A stretch of 64,000 bases of DNA, from contig CM120640.1 of assembly GCA_051362555.1 (NCBI GenBank), forward strand, positions 17,484,001 through 17,548,000. The letters run 5' to 3'. Every line of letters starts with the position of its first letter. Position 1 is the first letter of the stretch. Positions 23,491 to 36,145 of the stretch are shown here, one piece after another. The notes under the pieces were generated by a model. It was not told where the DNA came from and ran no database searches. It worked only from the letters and a program-made list of their open reading frames with translations. The DNA comes from Lingula anatina. Taxonomy: Eukaryota > Animalia > Brachiopoda. The position numbers and the translations under genes are program-made.

Positions 23491-26400
23491 CTAGTGACCA
23501 TGGTCCGGAGCTCGCTGACGCGGTGCAGCTTTTATGATGTCGTCCACTCTAAGGATCATCTCTGCTGCCTCAGCTGCACTAATGAGGACTTGGCGCTTCA
23601 CTTGGTAGGACTCTGTGATTCCCAGCACTGTCACATCAGCTATTTCTCCCCTGTTCATATCTGAAACAGGAGGTGGTGGGGCATAACCATCATGGGGTAT
23701 AACCAATCAACATCGACTGCTCTTGAAACATATGTGGGAAATATTTAATAATGGGTAAAATGTTTATTGAAGGCAATTTTTTTCCCATTTTATTTCACTT
23801 CTGAAGCACAGGGCATATTCTACTACATAGGCCAATCCATCTACATTGTATAAAATACTCAAATTTCAATCAACCAGCAAGCAAATGTTTGCTCCAGATT
23901 TATAGCCTTAGGCATATATTTCAATTTGCATTTTGGATTTCAGGTAACCGTTTTTATAAGAGAATATTAAAAGGAATCTTTTAATGTTTGCAAGGTAAAA
24001 GCTTCCAGAATTTAATCTTGTTTCTGGCAGAAATAGCATGATAATTTCACTTTTTCTCTCATGTCATAAAAGCTAAGATCATCTTAAGGTTAAATATTAT
24101 TTCATGTCCATTAACAGAAAATATGGTACATGGCAAGCTATGTACAAAATACAGGCAGACATACATTCAAAGCATTTACAATACAAAACAAGCTAGGACT
24201 GGTGAAAGCAGGGTAATGATTTTTTAGTGCTTCCATTTAATCTGTACAAGGATGATAAAAACTAGATGATCAGAGCGGCAATACCGCCACCACATATTGA
24301 GCCACCAGCGAGATAAAACTCAGTTTAATAATAGCTATGGATGTTTCCATTTTAGTTGTGGAGAAATAGGGCTGGTAAATATGTGAAGTGTTCTTCACAG
24401 AAAAAGTAGATGGAGCTGTACAAGACAGCTTGGGACTAAAACCATGAGTACCGTCAGTGCTCACGCTGGTGGGCCTAATAATATGGTAATTTCTATATGT
24501 TTCTGGGATATATACATATACATATATAAAACTAATAATAAAGACAACACTGCAACTCACCCAGCCCTGTGGTGTTACGTCCTTCCTTGTGAGCTGCTCT
24601 CAACTCTGTAACGAGCTGACTGCTATCATAGCCTGCATTGTCAGCAATAATTGTGGGAAGCTTCAAGATAAAAAAAGTGGTAAGTTCTCAAATTGTACTT
24701 TCATTCAACACTTGCAATTTTCTTGATACAGTTTGGTCAACAGAGACTGTATCCGGATGTGAAAATGATTTAATATAAATTATTTTATCCATAAGTAACT
24801 TTCTTTGAACATAGTAAAAAGTTTAGTGCTCCTTTTCTGTAAATCATTTTTTCTTTTTTATTAAAAGTTACATTTAGGCCATTATCAATTACCTCTCCGA
24901 GAATGTCTAATCAGAAACTCTACAATGTCTTACCATTCTAAGAGCTCTAGCAAATCCTTCCATTGCCAGGGCTTCTTTACCAGGTGTTTTCATGGCAAGT
25001 TCTGAGACAGCATTTGCCATAAGCATCTCAGAGCAACCTGCAAAGTTGTTTTATACATGTAAATCAAATTTCAAATCAATATATTTTCACACTGTCAAAC
25101 TGCAGCAGTTGAAAAAAAAAGAGGAGAACAGGCTCTATTATCAAACTCTCATCCTATAATTACTTGGAAGTCTATAAAGAAATAAATTACTTTTATAAGT
25201 GAAACAGTTGCTCACCACCACCATAAACTGTCCTGGTTTCTTTCACAGTCTGCGCCAGAACACAGAGGGCATCATGCAAGGAACGCTCTGCTTCGTCCAG
25301 AATTTGCTGAGTAGCTCCACGCAACACTATGGTGCAGGCCTCTCCCAGAGCAACACCTTAATATAAACAAATATAAACTAGTAATCTGAAGAGTGGATGT
25401 CTCCATATGCAGAAGTCTGTCCATTAGACAGTGACAACAAAATACATGTCACCTCAGGTTTACCATTTTTTGGTATTTACAGTTGTGTCATTTTACTGGT
25501 GTTACTTTGACTGATAAGCAATTTAAATTCAGCACTTAAATTTAAAATGCGACTGGTGGTAAATTAAGAGAAAAATGGTAATGATATTTATTCTTTAGCT
25601 TACCTGAGAACTTGATGAGTTTATCCTCTCCAATGATGACTTCCTCGATGAGATCACAATGACCAAGCTTGACCAGCTCTGGGTTGTCAAAAGTGGACAC
25701 TATCTCTCCACCTGTGGTGAATGAAATATTCTGTGTGTAACATGTCACAGCATCAAAGGTTTGACTACCCAACTTAAATATCTTAAATTGCTCAAAACAC
25801 TGCATTTAAATGTGTCTTTAATGCTAATTTCATGGGTGCTAATTCAAAAATTTTATTACAACTAACAGCTACTTTGGTAACCAAGATCCAACAACCACGA
25901 TTTTCTAGTACAATGCCATTTAAATTGAATGAACATGAACATGGTTTATCTAGGTAAAAAATGGTTGATATCTACTTGTAATGTTTCTTTATTTTGACGG
26001 GAAAAAATCCCTTTATGCTGAGCGTACATAATTTACCTGTGACCAAGGCCAGTCTCTCTACTCCTTCAAAGTCAGCATGTTCAATGGCCATCACACCAGC
26101 ATCAGCAAACAACTGCTCTGGATAATTGTAAATTAACTGCCTACAAGACAACAAATACAGTTTAAGCAATAGTTGTGAAATTGAGAAAAGGTGACATGTC
26201 TATAATAGGAATTAGAAAACTTCAGAAATTCAAGATGCTTTTTTCCTTTTCTTTGAATTAATACATAAGATTGTGTACCCCCTTTTCCAAATACAGAGAG
26301 TGCATCTTTTGGTGGAGACATTAAACTGCCATTACACAGATAAGTATGGCAATGTAAACCAGACTGACCTACCTGTTAATGAAAACATTACAACCATGTT

Positions 26401-29400
26401 TAATTATCTTTCCGACTTTATCTTTCATCTTTTCCTTTTCAGCCAATTCTAATTCTGCAATTTTGGAAATGGCATCCACTCTCACTCTGGAGCCAAACAC
26501 CTGGAAAATGCAATGAGACTTTTTAAAGTAGTTCAAATAAAAAGCTATATTTTTCTCAACATGCAAATAATCTTTAGTAAAAACACTTTTTCCATCTTAT
26601 TTTATTACAATCGCCAATTAGGAATTACTACACAAAAGATCTCAATAACTCTAACCATTACCTAAAAAAGTACTAATCAGAGTGTCACTTAATTAATAAT
26701 TAATTAAGTCTAAAAGTGAAATAATATCTTACTTTTATTTTATCAGCATCCATTGACGTGTTGGCTATTAAGATCTTAGCATTTTCTACTCTCTTTGGTT
26801 GATTAACTCCAATCTTCTTCTCCAACAGAAAACCTGCAGATTAACACATCACAGAAAAATGTTCAAAGACAGGCCAACAATGCCACAACTATCAAAAACA
26901 AATTACCTATATATCCACAAATTTTCAGCACATAAAAGGCTCCTTTAACATAAATAAGCCTCAAAGACTGGTTCACATTCAAAATGTCTTATACACTTTT
27001 AAGAATAAGTTAATGTTAAAACATCTGCTGCAAAACTAGTTTTGTTCAGGTTCATCCACTTAACTATAACACCAATGTAATAGTAAAAACAACACAACTC
27101 TTCAGTGACTCACCTTCATCTAAGGTAGAGTCCAGTAGACTTCCACCAAGAATCTTGATCACTTGTATTGCCTGCAGGTCACCATGACCCTAGAAAAGAG
27201 GAGAAAAACACTTCATCACAAAACAAGAAAGCTACCACGTTCTTTATAGTATCAAGGAAAGAATAAAGATATATTATCAAACATCCAACCCTGAAAAAAA
27301 AATTTCAAGTTAGTAACAACATGCCCAACATGTTTAGAATTCTTATTATACCTCTTTTAAGTCATAATAACTCTTCGTTTTGGCCAAAAATTGGATTTTC
27401 CTGGAGTAAACGGCAATTTTCCAGTACTTACCAATGGTCAACGACCCCATTCCTGCATTCAAAGTTAGTCCAGGTTTTTTTTCCTAAATGTTTGGTTTTT
27501 TGAGATTTTAACTGACGGAGCCCTCTCTGACATTGCATAGTCACGCAATATCGAGCGATATTTTCTGGTGACCTACTTAAAACCACAGGAAAAGCAGACA
27601 ACAACAACACTATATAACAATAATATAAGATTAATAAGATATATTCGTCTTATTGCTCAAAATGCATATCTACAATGTGTGCAATTCTGGGCTTTTTGTT
27701 ATCCAACGCACTGTACAAAAACTCGCAACTTACGTCTACGGATTGCATCAACGCGTTGATTGCATGAACGCGAGAATCCGCGTGACACCCCAACGTCATT
27801 GGCAACGGATGCCTTGACGACCGTGAAGTAAGGCATCGAAAGCCCTATTGACAAGCACAGATTTTGCTTTTACTACAATAACAGCCGTTTTAGTGGTAAA
27901 ATGCAATAGAATATATTTCCATGCGTTGTTTATAATGTATTTCTTGCGGAATTTTGAATCTCAAAGGAAGAGTTATTATAGCTTTAAGTCTAAATCTAGT
28001 TTTATTCCCTTCATGTGCTTAAAACAACTAAGCTTTTTCTTCTTACCTTAAGTCTTAACACTGCATCCACAGCTAAATTTGCAAAGTGATCTTTGTTCGC
28101 AGTCAAAATCTTAGAGCTTAGGGTAGTTCTGGCAATGTTCATCAAATCCTCTCTAAATTTATCAGGATTAGCCCTACAAAAACAAGATGTCCCTGATTTA
28201 GCTGATCCACAAATTAGGAAACAATACATTTTACATATTTTGTATACAGTATTTTCCTTTCAACTTGTCACTTTATTTGTAGACGTTACATGAAGATTCG
28301 AGTTTGAACAACTTTTATGTAATAACAAAGAAAAAATACATTTCAAAAGATCTGTTTCAGATAAATGATAATATGAGTTATAAGGTGAAGGGTTATGTGA
28401 AGTCTACTACATAGGAAAATCATGTTAGCAAAGAGTAAACCTTGAAAATTCCCTCTGGACAAAAATAAATCCGGCAAATGAAATGATAAATACAGACATC
28501 AATATTTCTCAGCAATAACAAAGGTTTTGATGATAAATGCTCTGACTAAGAGTAGTGCCACATACCCATTATCTTTAGCAGACTCTTCTAAAGCTCTCCT
28601 GGCCTCAGTGACAGCTTTCCTCCAGCCTGACACTATGGTCTGTGGATGGAGGCGTTGTGCAATTAGGTGTTCAGCTTCCTGGAACCAAAGTTAATTACAT
28701 TCATAACGAGAAAGAGGAAGAAGTCCATCTGTATTTTATATTAAAAAATAAGGTTTCCTAAAAAGTATCAGACAGAAAAACAAAAGCCTGTAATTTCGAG
28801 TCATTATCATGATGTAAAGAAATTTAATTATTTTTTCGCCCTAACTCATATCTTTGAAAATTTCTGACTTCAGTTAGATACATATGCAGTAATCCTGCAT
28901 CATTTCTACTTCTTACTGCTTTTTTCATTATCAATGAATTTGCAAGTCACTTATGAAGGTTAGCATTATTACTGAAAAGTACCTTTAGTAATTCACAAGC
29001 TAATACTGTAACAGAGGTGGTCCCATCTCCTACTTCATCATCCTGTACTTTGGAAATATCTAACAGAAAACAATAAAAACAATCAGAAGTGTCAAACAGA
29101 TGAAATAATGCACTTTCTTCATCAAACCTCTGAGAAAAAAGTGAAAACTTTGTGGCACATTGATATTTGCAAGTTTTCTTTTGAAAATGCTTTATAACAA
29201 ACAAGTTTGACTCACCAACTAAGATCTTCGCTGCAGGGTTGTCCACACCTATAGCCTTGAGAATTGTAGCTCCATCATTTGTGACCTGAATTGTGTTATT
29301 TTTGTTCCCAGACTGCAAGATTTTGTCCTGAAAAGAGAATAAATTGAAGGCAGACAATGAAAAATTGGTAATACAATACCCCCAGGTTACTCATACTTCT

Positions 29401-31113
29401 TAAACAATATAATGTAAGATTATTGTATTTTTGAGTATCAGAGACATACTAGTGAAAATGTCAAGTGTACTGAACACTGAATGTAACCAGAAGCAATGAG
29501 CCTTACCAACAGTAATTTATGGCTAACATTTTGCCACTTCTTGTATTACTTTTTCTACTAACCATTCCTTTTGGCCCTAATGTAGTCTTGACTAAGTCTC
29601 CAATGGCAATGGCACCAACAAAAGAGGACTGAAAATAACAGGCAATACAAGCTAATTAATCTGGATCACAGGGATAATCTAATTTTGGCAATATGTTATA
29701 AAGCATAATAATAAGTCCTGCAAATTTGATCTGCAGTGTTAATCCAAAATTTCAAAATCAAAGCTCAGTTAATTTCAAGAGTTTTTATGATACAAAGTAA
29801 TGATAAATGTCAAATTCCCAAATAGGAAGAACAAGAAGTTCCAATTTGAAGGCCGTTACCCAGAGGTGTGGAGCGTGGAGGGAAGTGGACAAGTTGGTTG
29901 TTATACTATATCATTTGGTACTTATCAGTTGGTTGTTATGTTGTATCATTTGGTACTTACCATACGAGCAGTCTCGGACTTCTCTTCCTCTGCCCCTGGC
30001 TTGTAAATACCAATAGGCTGCATGGACACCTGAAATGAACACATTGCCAAGCCTAAACTTTATATTAAACTTAAAACAATTTGAAAGGAAAATCTGAATG
30101 GGCAGGAATGACAAAAAGAGTTTTAAAAATTGTGGATTTTTAAAAAATCATCAACCTTATGAATTGTATATGCATACTGTATACGAATATGTGACATATC
30201 AAAGTTGAAATAGTTTCTTACACTTGAGCTTCAAAATATAAAGGGCATTCAGTCATTAAACGATCAAATAATACAATGACTTTCTTGTTAAAAAATGCAG
30301 GTGGGGTTTCATCTTTACCTATCAGTTCTTTACCCATCCGTACACAGACCAAATCACTCAACAGTCCAGAAGATCAAGTCATATATTTGATATTTCTATT
30401 ACATTCTCATTTAAGACGAAAACAAATGGCACATTTCCATATGTCTCACAAGTCACGTTTGGTTGATAATGCTATTTGTAGGTTTAACATTAAGTTCATC
30501 TTGGTTTGTTTCAAACAGTATTTCAACAAAGTTATGGGTTTATCTCACAACCTTAAAGTTACCAGATTTGACAAAACGGCATCAGAAAAATGTATAAATT
30601 GTAGTTGCCTACTTTTGATCATCCTAAGTTACATAATGGCATATGAAGTCAAATATTTGCCTATAAAGCCTTGATATTTTTATGAGCGTGTTTAACGTCT
30701 GACACTGCTAAAGGATGCACTTATTACTAAAATCCGAAAAGTATATTCCGACTGTTCGGAATGGTAAGTTAGGGTGCTTTCCCAGAGATTTAGATCGATC
30801 TAAAGATTAAGATTTAGATCGACCTAACTCCCTGGGGGTTCACGCTAAATTGCAGTCAGCCGAGCGGGCACCATAGTTAATTACCCCCTTTCAGCTTTTA
30901 GTAGGCGGGACAGATGCTTAAGCCGGCCAAGCTGACAGTAATCTAGTGAGACTCCCCACAGGGATAGATCGATCTAAAAATCTATGGAAATGGGATGATA
31001 GAATATAATCATTTTGCACGTGCTTTCAATGACTTTACAAAAATAAAAGTAGCATTTTATATCTGGCACTTTGTACCAATTTAAAGAATGAAACATATCC
31101 TTGTGCTTACCAT
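23491..31113 (-). CDS. CCT2: T-complex protein 1 subunit beta (CCT2), 16 coding exons, 532 aa
   Basis: Exons 31113-31111 (ATG only), 30029-29961, 29628-29563, 29327-29216, 29059-28983, 28678-28566, 28173-28047, 27189-27114, 26833-26733, 26500-26373, 26140-26037, 25711-25604, 25356-25216, 25037-24934, 24660-24561, 23660-23491. All are GT-AG with consistent phases and total 1599 nt. Motifs: [72 protein letters not shown]. Confidence 0.97.
24261..24480 (-). mobile_element. Minimal ~220-bp relative of HINE family C in CCT2 intron 15
   Basis: The minus strand begins tattaggcccaccagcgtgagcactgacggtactcatggtttt and ends gctggtggctcaatatgtggtggcggtattgccgctctgatcatctagt. Both ends match the termini of the 55061-58017 element; there is no satellite array. 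Confidence 0.75.
27357..27987. mobile_element. Degenerate TTAA-flanked MITE (Kolobok/piggyBac-like) in a CCT2 intron
   Basis: ttaagtcataataactcttc at the left and gaagagttattatagctttaa at the right form an imperfect inverted repeat. The interior is CpG-rich, unlike the host introns. Confidence 0.5.
30772..30997 (+). mobile_element. MITE family D (PIF/Harbinger-like), copy 1, in CCT2 intron 1
   Basis: TIRs ttcccagagatttagatcgatc / gatcgatctaaaaatctatggaaa; interior near identical to copies at 45302, 50503 and 58247. Confidence 0.85.
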
Positions 31114-32600
31114 TATTAATTCTTTTGTGGCGATTCCTCAAATGTGATGGTTAAAACTGTGAAAATATATCACTTAATTTTACAACATGAAATCAGCATG
31201 GATGCCTTCAGACTCTGAGGCTAATATGTCCATAGGGGGCGAAAGTGTCCGCAGCTTGTATTGAAGTGGAAATCATGATAATTAACTTCTTTTGCTAGGT
31301 AATATTTCAAAACAAAACTAAAATAACAAATATATCGTAATTTTAAATTATGCTTTTATCTATCTGGTATAAATAACATGTCGAATAATACATAACGTTA
31401 ACATTGTGCAGAATTGCAAGTGGGTTTCTCTTGCATTGATTTACACTTTCGTCCAGTTTAAGAGAACCGTAAGTTAAAATTAAATAGCAAGGCGATTGAT
31501 TAAAGTGACAAAAGGATATATAACAAAATTTTAACTTTTTTTGAAAAACTGTATGTTATAAAACTAATAGTTGTAAAGTATTATTCAACAAGGATCGCGA
31601 AGTCACAAAATATAGATGTAAAATTTATATATTAATCAACGTTAGGCTTTCGGTTCTCAAAGCAGACAGCAAGTCTGATTGAGCCCGCATGAGTATGAAC
31701 ACTGAAGACTGGTGTTCAGGAGCGTTGGCATCTATGAGGAAAGGTGGGGTAGGTGCTATTTGCGATAAGAAAATGACAACGTCCATTAGAAGTGAATAAG
31801 TACATTTTTGTGACTGGGATACTTTTTATTATTAATATTATAATTATAATTATTATTTTTTATAATTATTGCCAGATAAGGCCTTGAACAAGGGTCGGGA
31901 CTGGCCTGTGCAAACGCCCGGTGCAACGCATTGTTTTGTACTACAATTACACTCACTAGTGTTGTTACTATGTCTAGTCTTTCTTATTTCTACTAGTTCA
32001 GATAATCTAACTTTAGGGTTGCCATTAATGTATAGATATTGAGTGTTGTGTGTAAGAATGATAATGGTGCAAATAAGCGGCTAAGCCGAAGTGGAATTGT
32101 AAACAACATGAATTATATCATCTCACATGGCTCTCGAAAAGCAATGCTTCTTGCTGACTGTAGAACTCTCCAGAGTTTGCTAAGATATATTAAACTGCCC
32201 ACGCTCAAAACAAAGTATTTGCATAAAATACCTATGTAAATCAATTACTTAAATCACTACGGTTTTAAAATCAATAAAACACTTGTGGATATTGTAAGCC
32301 ACCCAAATAATGTAGTCTTGTTGTAACTTTGCTCACTATTTAATTTCATTTTCATTTTTTTCATAATTATTCAAGATAGACCAGAATTTGTACCAGTCTT
32401 TGAAATGGCTTTTTTTTTTTGCAATCGGTAGTAAGAAAGCTAATCTTGATTTCATGAAAGCGTTTTTGTGTTTGAGTTGATGGATCTTCACAAATCGATG
32501 ACTCTATCAGAAGCATAGATCCTTGACTTTAAGCATTATGAACAAAGTGAAAGGTGTAGAAAAAGGTTAGTCCCACCTTTATTGGACCATACTCATTTGC
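31114..32600. promoter_or_regulatory. CCT2 5' UTR and promoter, possibly bidirectional
   Basis: Immediately upstream of the ATG-only first coding exon (aataATG|GTAAGC). CpG is retained. A + strand donor AG|GTAAT lies at 31298/31299. Confidence 0.5.
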
Positions 32601-32952
32601 ACTTTAGCATAGCAGCAATATATGTAATATAATAGAATCGAGAAAAAACTGCTACGCCTAGGGTACAACTTTACAAACCATATTCAGTCAAAAGGAGAAA
32701 ACAGTAGATTTTGTCTTTTATGTCTATATTTCTTTCATAAGCAAGGGTTAAGGAAAGGGGCTTTCTTTGACAAATTTAAGACTTGGTATATTGCTAGTAT
32801 TATTACCAAATATCAAGCACTGCAACATGAATGTTTGAAAAAGATCGACAAATTTTAAGAACCTAGATTGACAAATTTTAAGAACAATTTGAGGTTATTA
32901 TGTACAGACACAGATGTGTCTGTACATATAGCCGTCACCTGCGTCTGTCGTC

Positions 32953-32989
<37 letters not shown>

Positions 32990-32999
32990 GCGTGCACTT

Positions 33000-33630
33000 T
33001 TACCGTAAACACGATAAGTGGAAAACCGTTTTACGTTTTGACTTGAAACTTACAGAACTGATGAATATTCATAATATTCAGGTCAAGTTCGAAAATCAGC
33101 ATGATCAGGCCATTTTTAGGGAAGTTATGCTGTTTTTTCACTTTTTTCAGCATATATGCAATACCGTAAACACGATAAGTGGAAAACCGTTTTACCTTTT
33201 GGTTTGAAACTTACAGAACTGATGAATTTGTATAATACGCAGGTCAAGTTTGAAAATCAGCATGATCGGGTCATTTTTAGGGAAGTTTTGCTTTTTTTTC
33301 ACTTTTTTCAGCATTTATGCAACACCGTAAACACGATAAGTGGAAAACCGTTTTACCTTTTGGTTTGAAACTTACAGAACTGATGAATTTGTATAATACG
33401 CAGGTCAAGTTCGAAAATCAGCATGATTGGGTCATTTTTAGGGAAGTTTTGCTTTTTTTTCACTTTTTTCAGCATATATGCAACACCGTAAACACGATAA
33501 GTGGAAAACCGTTTTACCTTTTGGTTTGAAACTTACAGAACTGATGAATATTTATAATACGCAGGTCAAGTTTGAAAATCAGCATGATTGGGTCATTTTT
33601 AGGGAAGTTATGCTTTTTTTTCACATTTTC
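33000..33630. repeat. 161-bp tandem satellite array, ~4 copies
   Basis: accgtaaacacgataagtggaaaaccgttttac recurs every 161 bp; this explains the four near-identical short ORFs at 32992-33702. Confidence 0.95.
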
Positions 33631-34024
33631 TCTGATTCAATTCTTAGGCATGCTAATAGTCTCATTATTGAACTAATAAGATATGTAAAAGTGTTTTTTT
33701 GATATTTCCTGCATTTTTACAACATTGTTAGTTGATTATGTAAAAATGATGGTAAACTTGTTATCTTGTATTGTGTAATGAAGTGTCAAAAATGGAAATA
33801 AACACATATCATTGCAGTTTGTCAGATTCAATCATCCACTATGTTCAGAATCTCAGAATGGAGGAAATTGGACATTTAATACTGTTCTATTGATATTTTT
33901 CCCATCTCATCAATTTTCTTAGTTGGTCATATAAAAATGGCAGTAAACTGTTAATTTTGTTTTATGTTAAAAAAGTGTTAAAAATGGAAATAAACCCATT
34001 TCAGAAAGTGCTGTCTTGTTTACA

Positions 34025-35010
34025 TTTTGGCATTTTCAAGATGTGACTTTGAAGTTCCATGGGCCTGAAGACCTTTGCTAGTCACATTTTCTGAATATCC
34101 ATGATACTAATATTTTATTATTAAAAATTGATGGTCATTATGCTGTTAAACATTATGTAATATTGCATCAAAATTTGAAGAAACCCCTATTTTGGGCACT
34201 GCTCCCATGATGACCATTTAAGGAAAATCATGTCACTTACTGTTCTCAAACTTACAGGAAAGAAACATGGGACTAAAATACAGCTTCAGTAGCCAATGCA
34301 GTCTGTTTGGTAATTTTTTCTGGCAGTTAAACAGTTTTTTGTGAAAATTTAATTTTTCACATATTGGCATTTTCAAGGTGTGACTTTGAAGTTCTATGAT
34401 CCTGAAGACCTTTGCTTGTAACATTTTCTGAATGTCCATGTTACTAATATTCTATTATTAAAAATTGATGGTCATTATGCTGTTAAACATTATGTAATTT
34501 TACATTAAAATTTGAAGAAACCCCTATTTTGGGCACTGCTCCCATGATGAGCACTTAAGGAAAATCATGTCACTTACTGTTCTCAAACTTACAGGAAAGA
34601 AACATGGGACTAAAATACAGCTTCAGTAGGAAATTTAGTCTGTTTGGTAAATTTTTCTGGCAGTTAAACAGTTTTTTGTGAAAATTTCATTTTTCACATA
34701 TTGGCATTTTCAAGGTGTGACTTAGAACCTCCACGGGCTTGAAGACCCATGCTAGTCACATTTTGTGAAAATCCATGATACGTATATATTATTATTAAAA
34801 ATTGATGGTCATTATGCTGTTAAGCATTATGTAATGTTGCATCAAAATAGAAGAAAACACAATTTTTGGTGCTGCTGCCATGATGACCATTATGGGAAAA
34901 CCGTGTTACTTATGACTGTCAAACTTTCAAAAAAGAAACACAGGACTAAAATGCAGCCTGAGTTGGAAAAGCAGTCTAATTGGCTTCTTTTTCTGGAAGT
35001 TATACATTTT
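34025..35010. repeat. ~337-bp tandem array, ~3 copies
   Basis: tggcattttcaag(a/g)tgtgactt occurs at ~34028, ~34365 and ~34702. Confidence 0.9.
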
Positions 35011-35804
35011 AGTGAAAAATTCATTATTATCGTGTTGGCATATTCATTGTGGGACTTGGAGCTCCCATGGACATGAAGCAGAATAGTAATCAAATTTCTA
35101 AATGCCCATGCTATTTATAGTCAATAATCAAAAATTGGTGATAATTATTATATAATTTATTATGTAATGTTACATCAAAATTGACAAAAATCTTTTTGCA
35201 CTGCTACTGCAAACATTATGAAAAGAAAACTGTGTTACTTATTATTATTTTTAACTTACAAGTATGATTTTTAGGATTGGCATGCAGTTCAAATTAGAAA
35301 GCCAGCTCAATTGGGTTATCTTTTATCATTGAATTCATGCAATTTTGTGTGAAATTTTCATTTTTCTCATTCTGGCACTTTCAAAGTATAAACTTGAACT
35401 CTGATGGGCCTGAAGCCTTATGCTTTTACTTTCATTGGTGTTACCTGTTGTGCATAATTAAAATTTGATGTTGACTGTGCAGTTAAACATAATGTATTAT
35501 TGCATCAGAATTGGTAGTCTCCTATTTTGTGCATTATTGTTATGTGCTTTTCTTAAGATGTGACTTATGGGCCTGAAAGATCTTTGAGAGGGTCAGTCTG
35601 TAAATTTCCCTTGGGTATCACTTGGGTATCACTCAGAGTTATAAAGTCATTAATAGGCCATTAAATGAGATTACATAAAGCACACTTGTTGATATTTCCC
35701 TGTAAACTCCCAAAGGTTAAGCTCTCTGCTAGATTAATAATAAGTAAGCAGTGATAATTATGCAGGTAAATTTTGTTTAATATTGCAAATAATATTGCAA
35801 ATAA

Positions 35805-35808
<4 letters not shown>

Positions 35809-35876
<68 letters not shown>
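35809..35876. repeat. (TA)n microsatellite
   Basis: About 34 TA units read directly. Confidence 0.97.
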
Positions 35877-35878
<2 letters not shown>

Positions 35879-35914
35879 ATTAAAAGTTTGAATGGCAGCA
35901 TCATTGGAATTATA

Positions 35915-36145
35915 TTTACCTCTGCCAAGGAGGTTATGTTTTCACCCCTGTTTGTGTGTCATCCACATAACACAAAAAAGTTATGGACCGATTTTGCAGA
36001 AATTTTCAGGAACTGTCGGAAGTGGGCCAAAGAGGACAATGATTAATTTTTGGTGGTGGTCCGGATCAATAATCAATCAATTATCAATAATAATCAACAA
36101 TTGCTGCCTTGGCAGAGGTCTGCACTCTCAATGTGCTTTTCTAGT
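35915..36145 (+). mobile_element. HINE family A, complete copy nested in family B
   Basis: tttacctctgccaaggaggttatg ... ccttggcagaggtctgcactctcaatgtgcttttctagt. Confidence 0.8.

Noticed and set aside
29803-29855. Minus-strand hairpin ending ACA-TTT in CCT2 intron 2 (H/ACA snoRNA candidate)
   Set aside because: Only one short hairpin; no H box or second hairpin is visible. A snoGPS or Infernal search would settle it.
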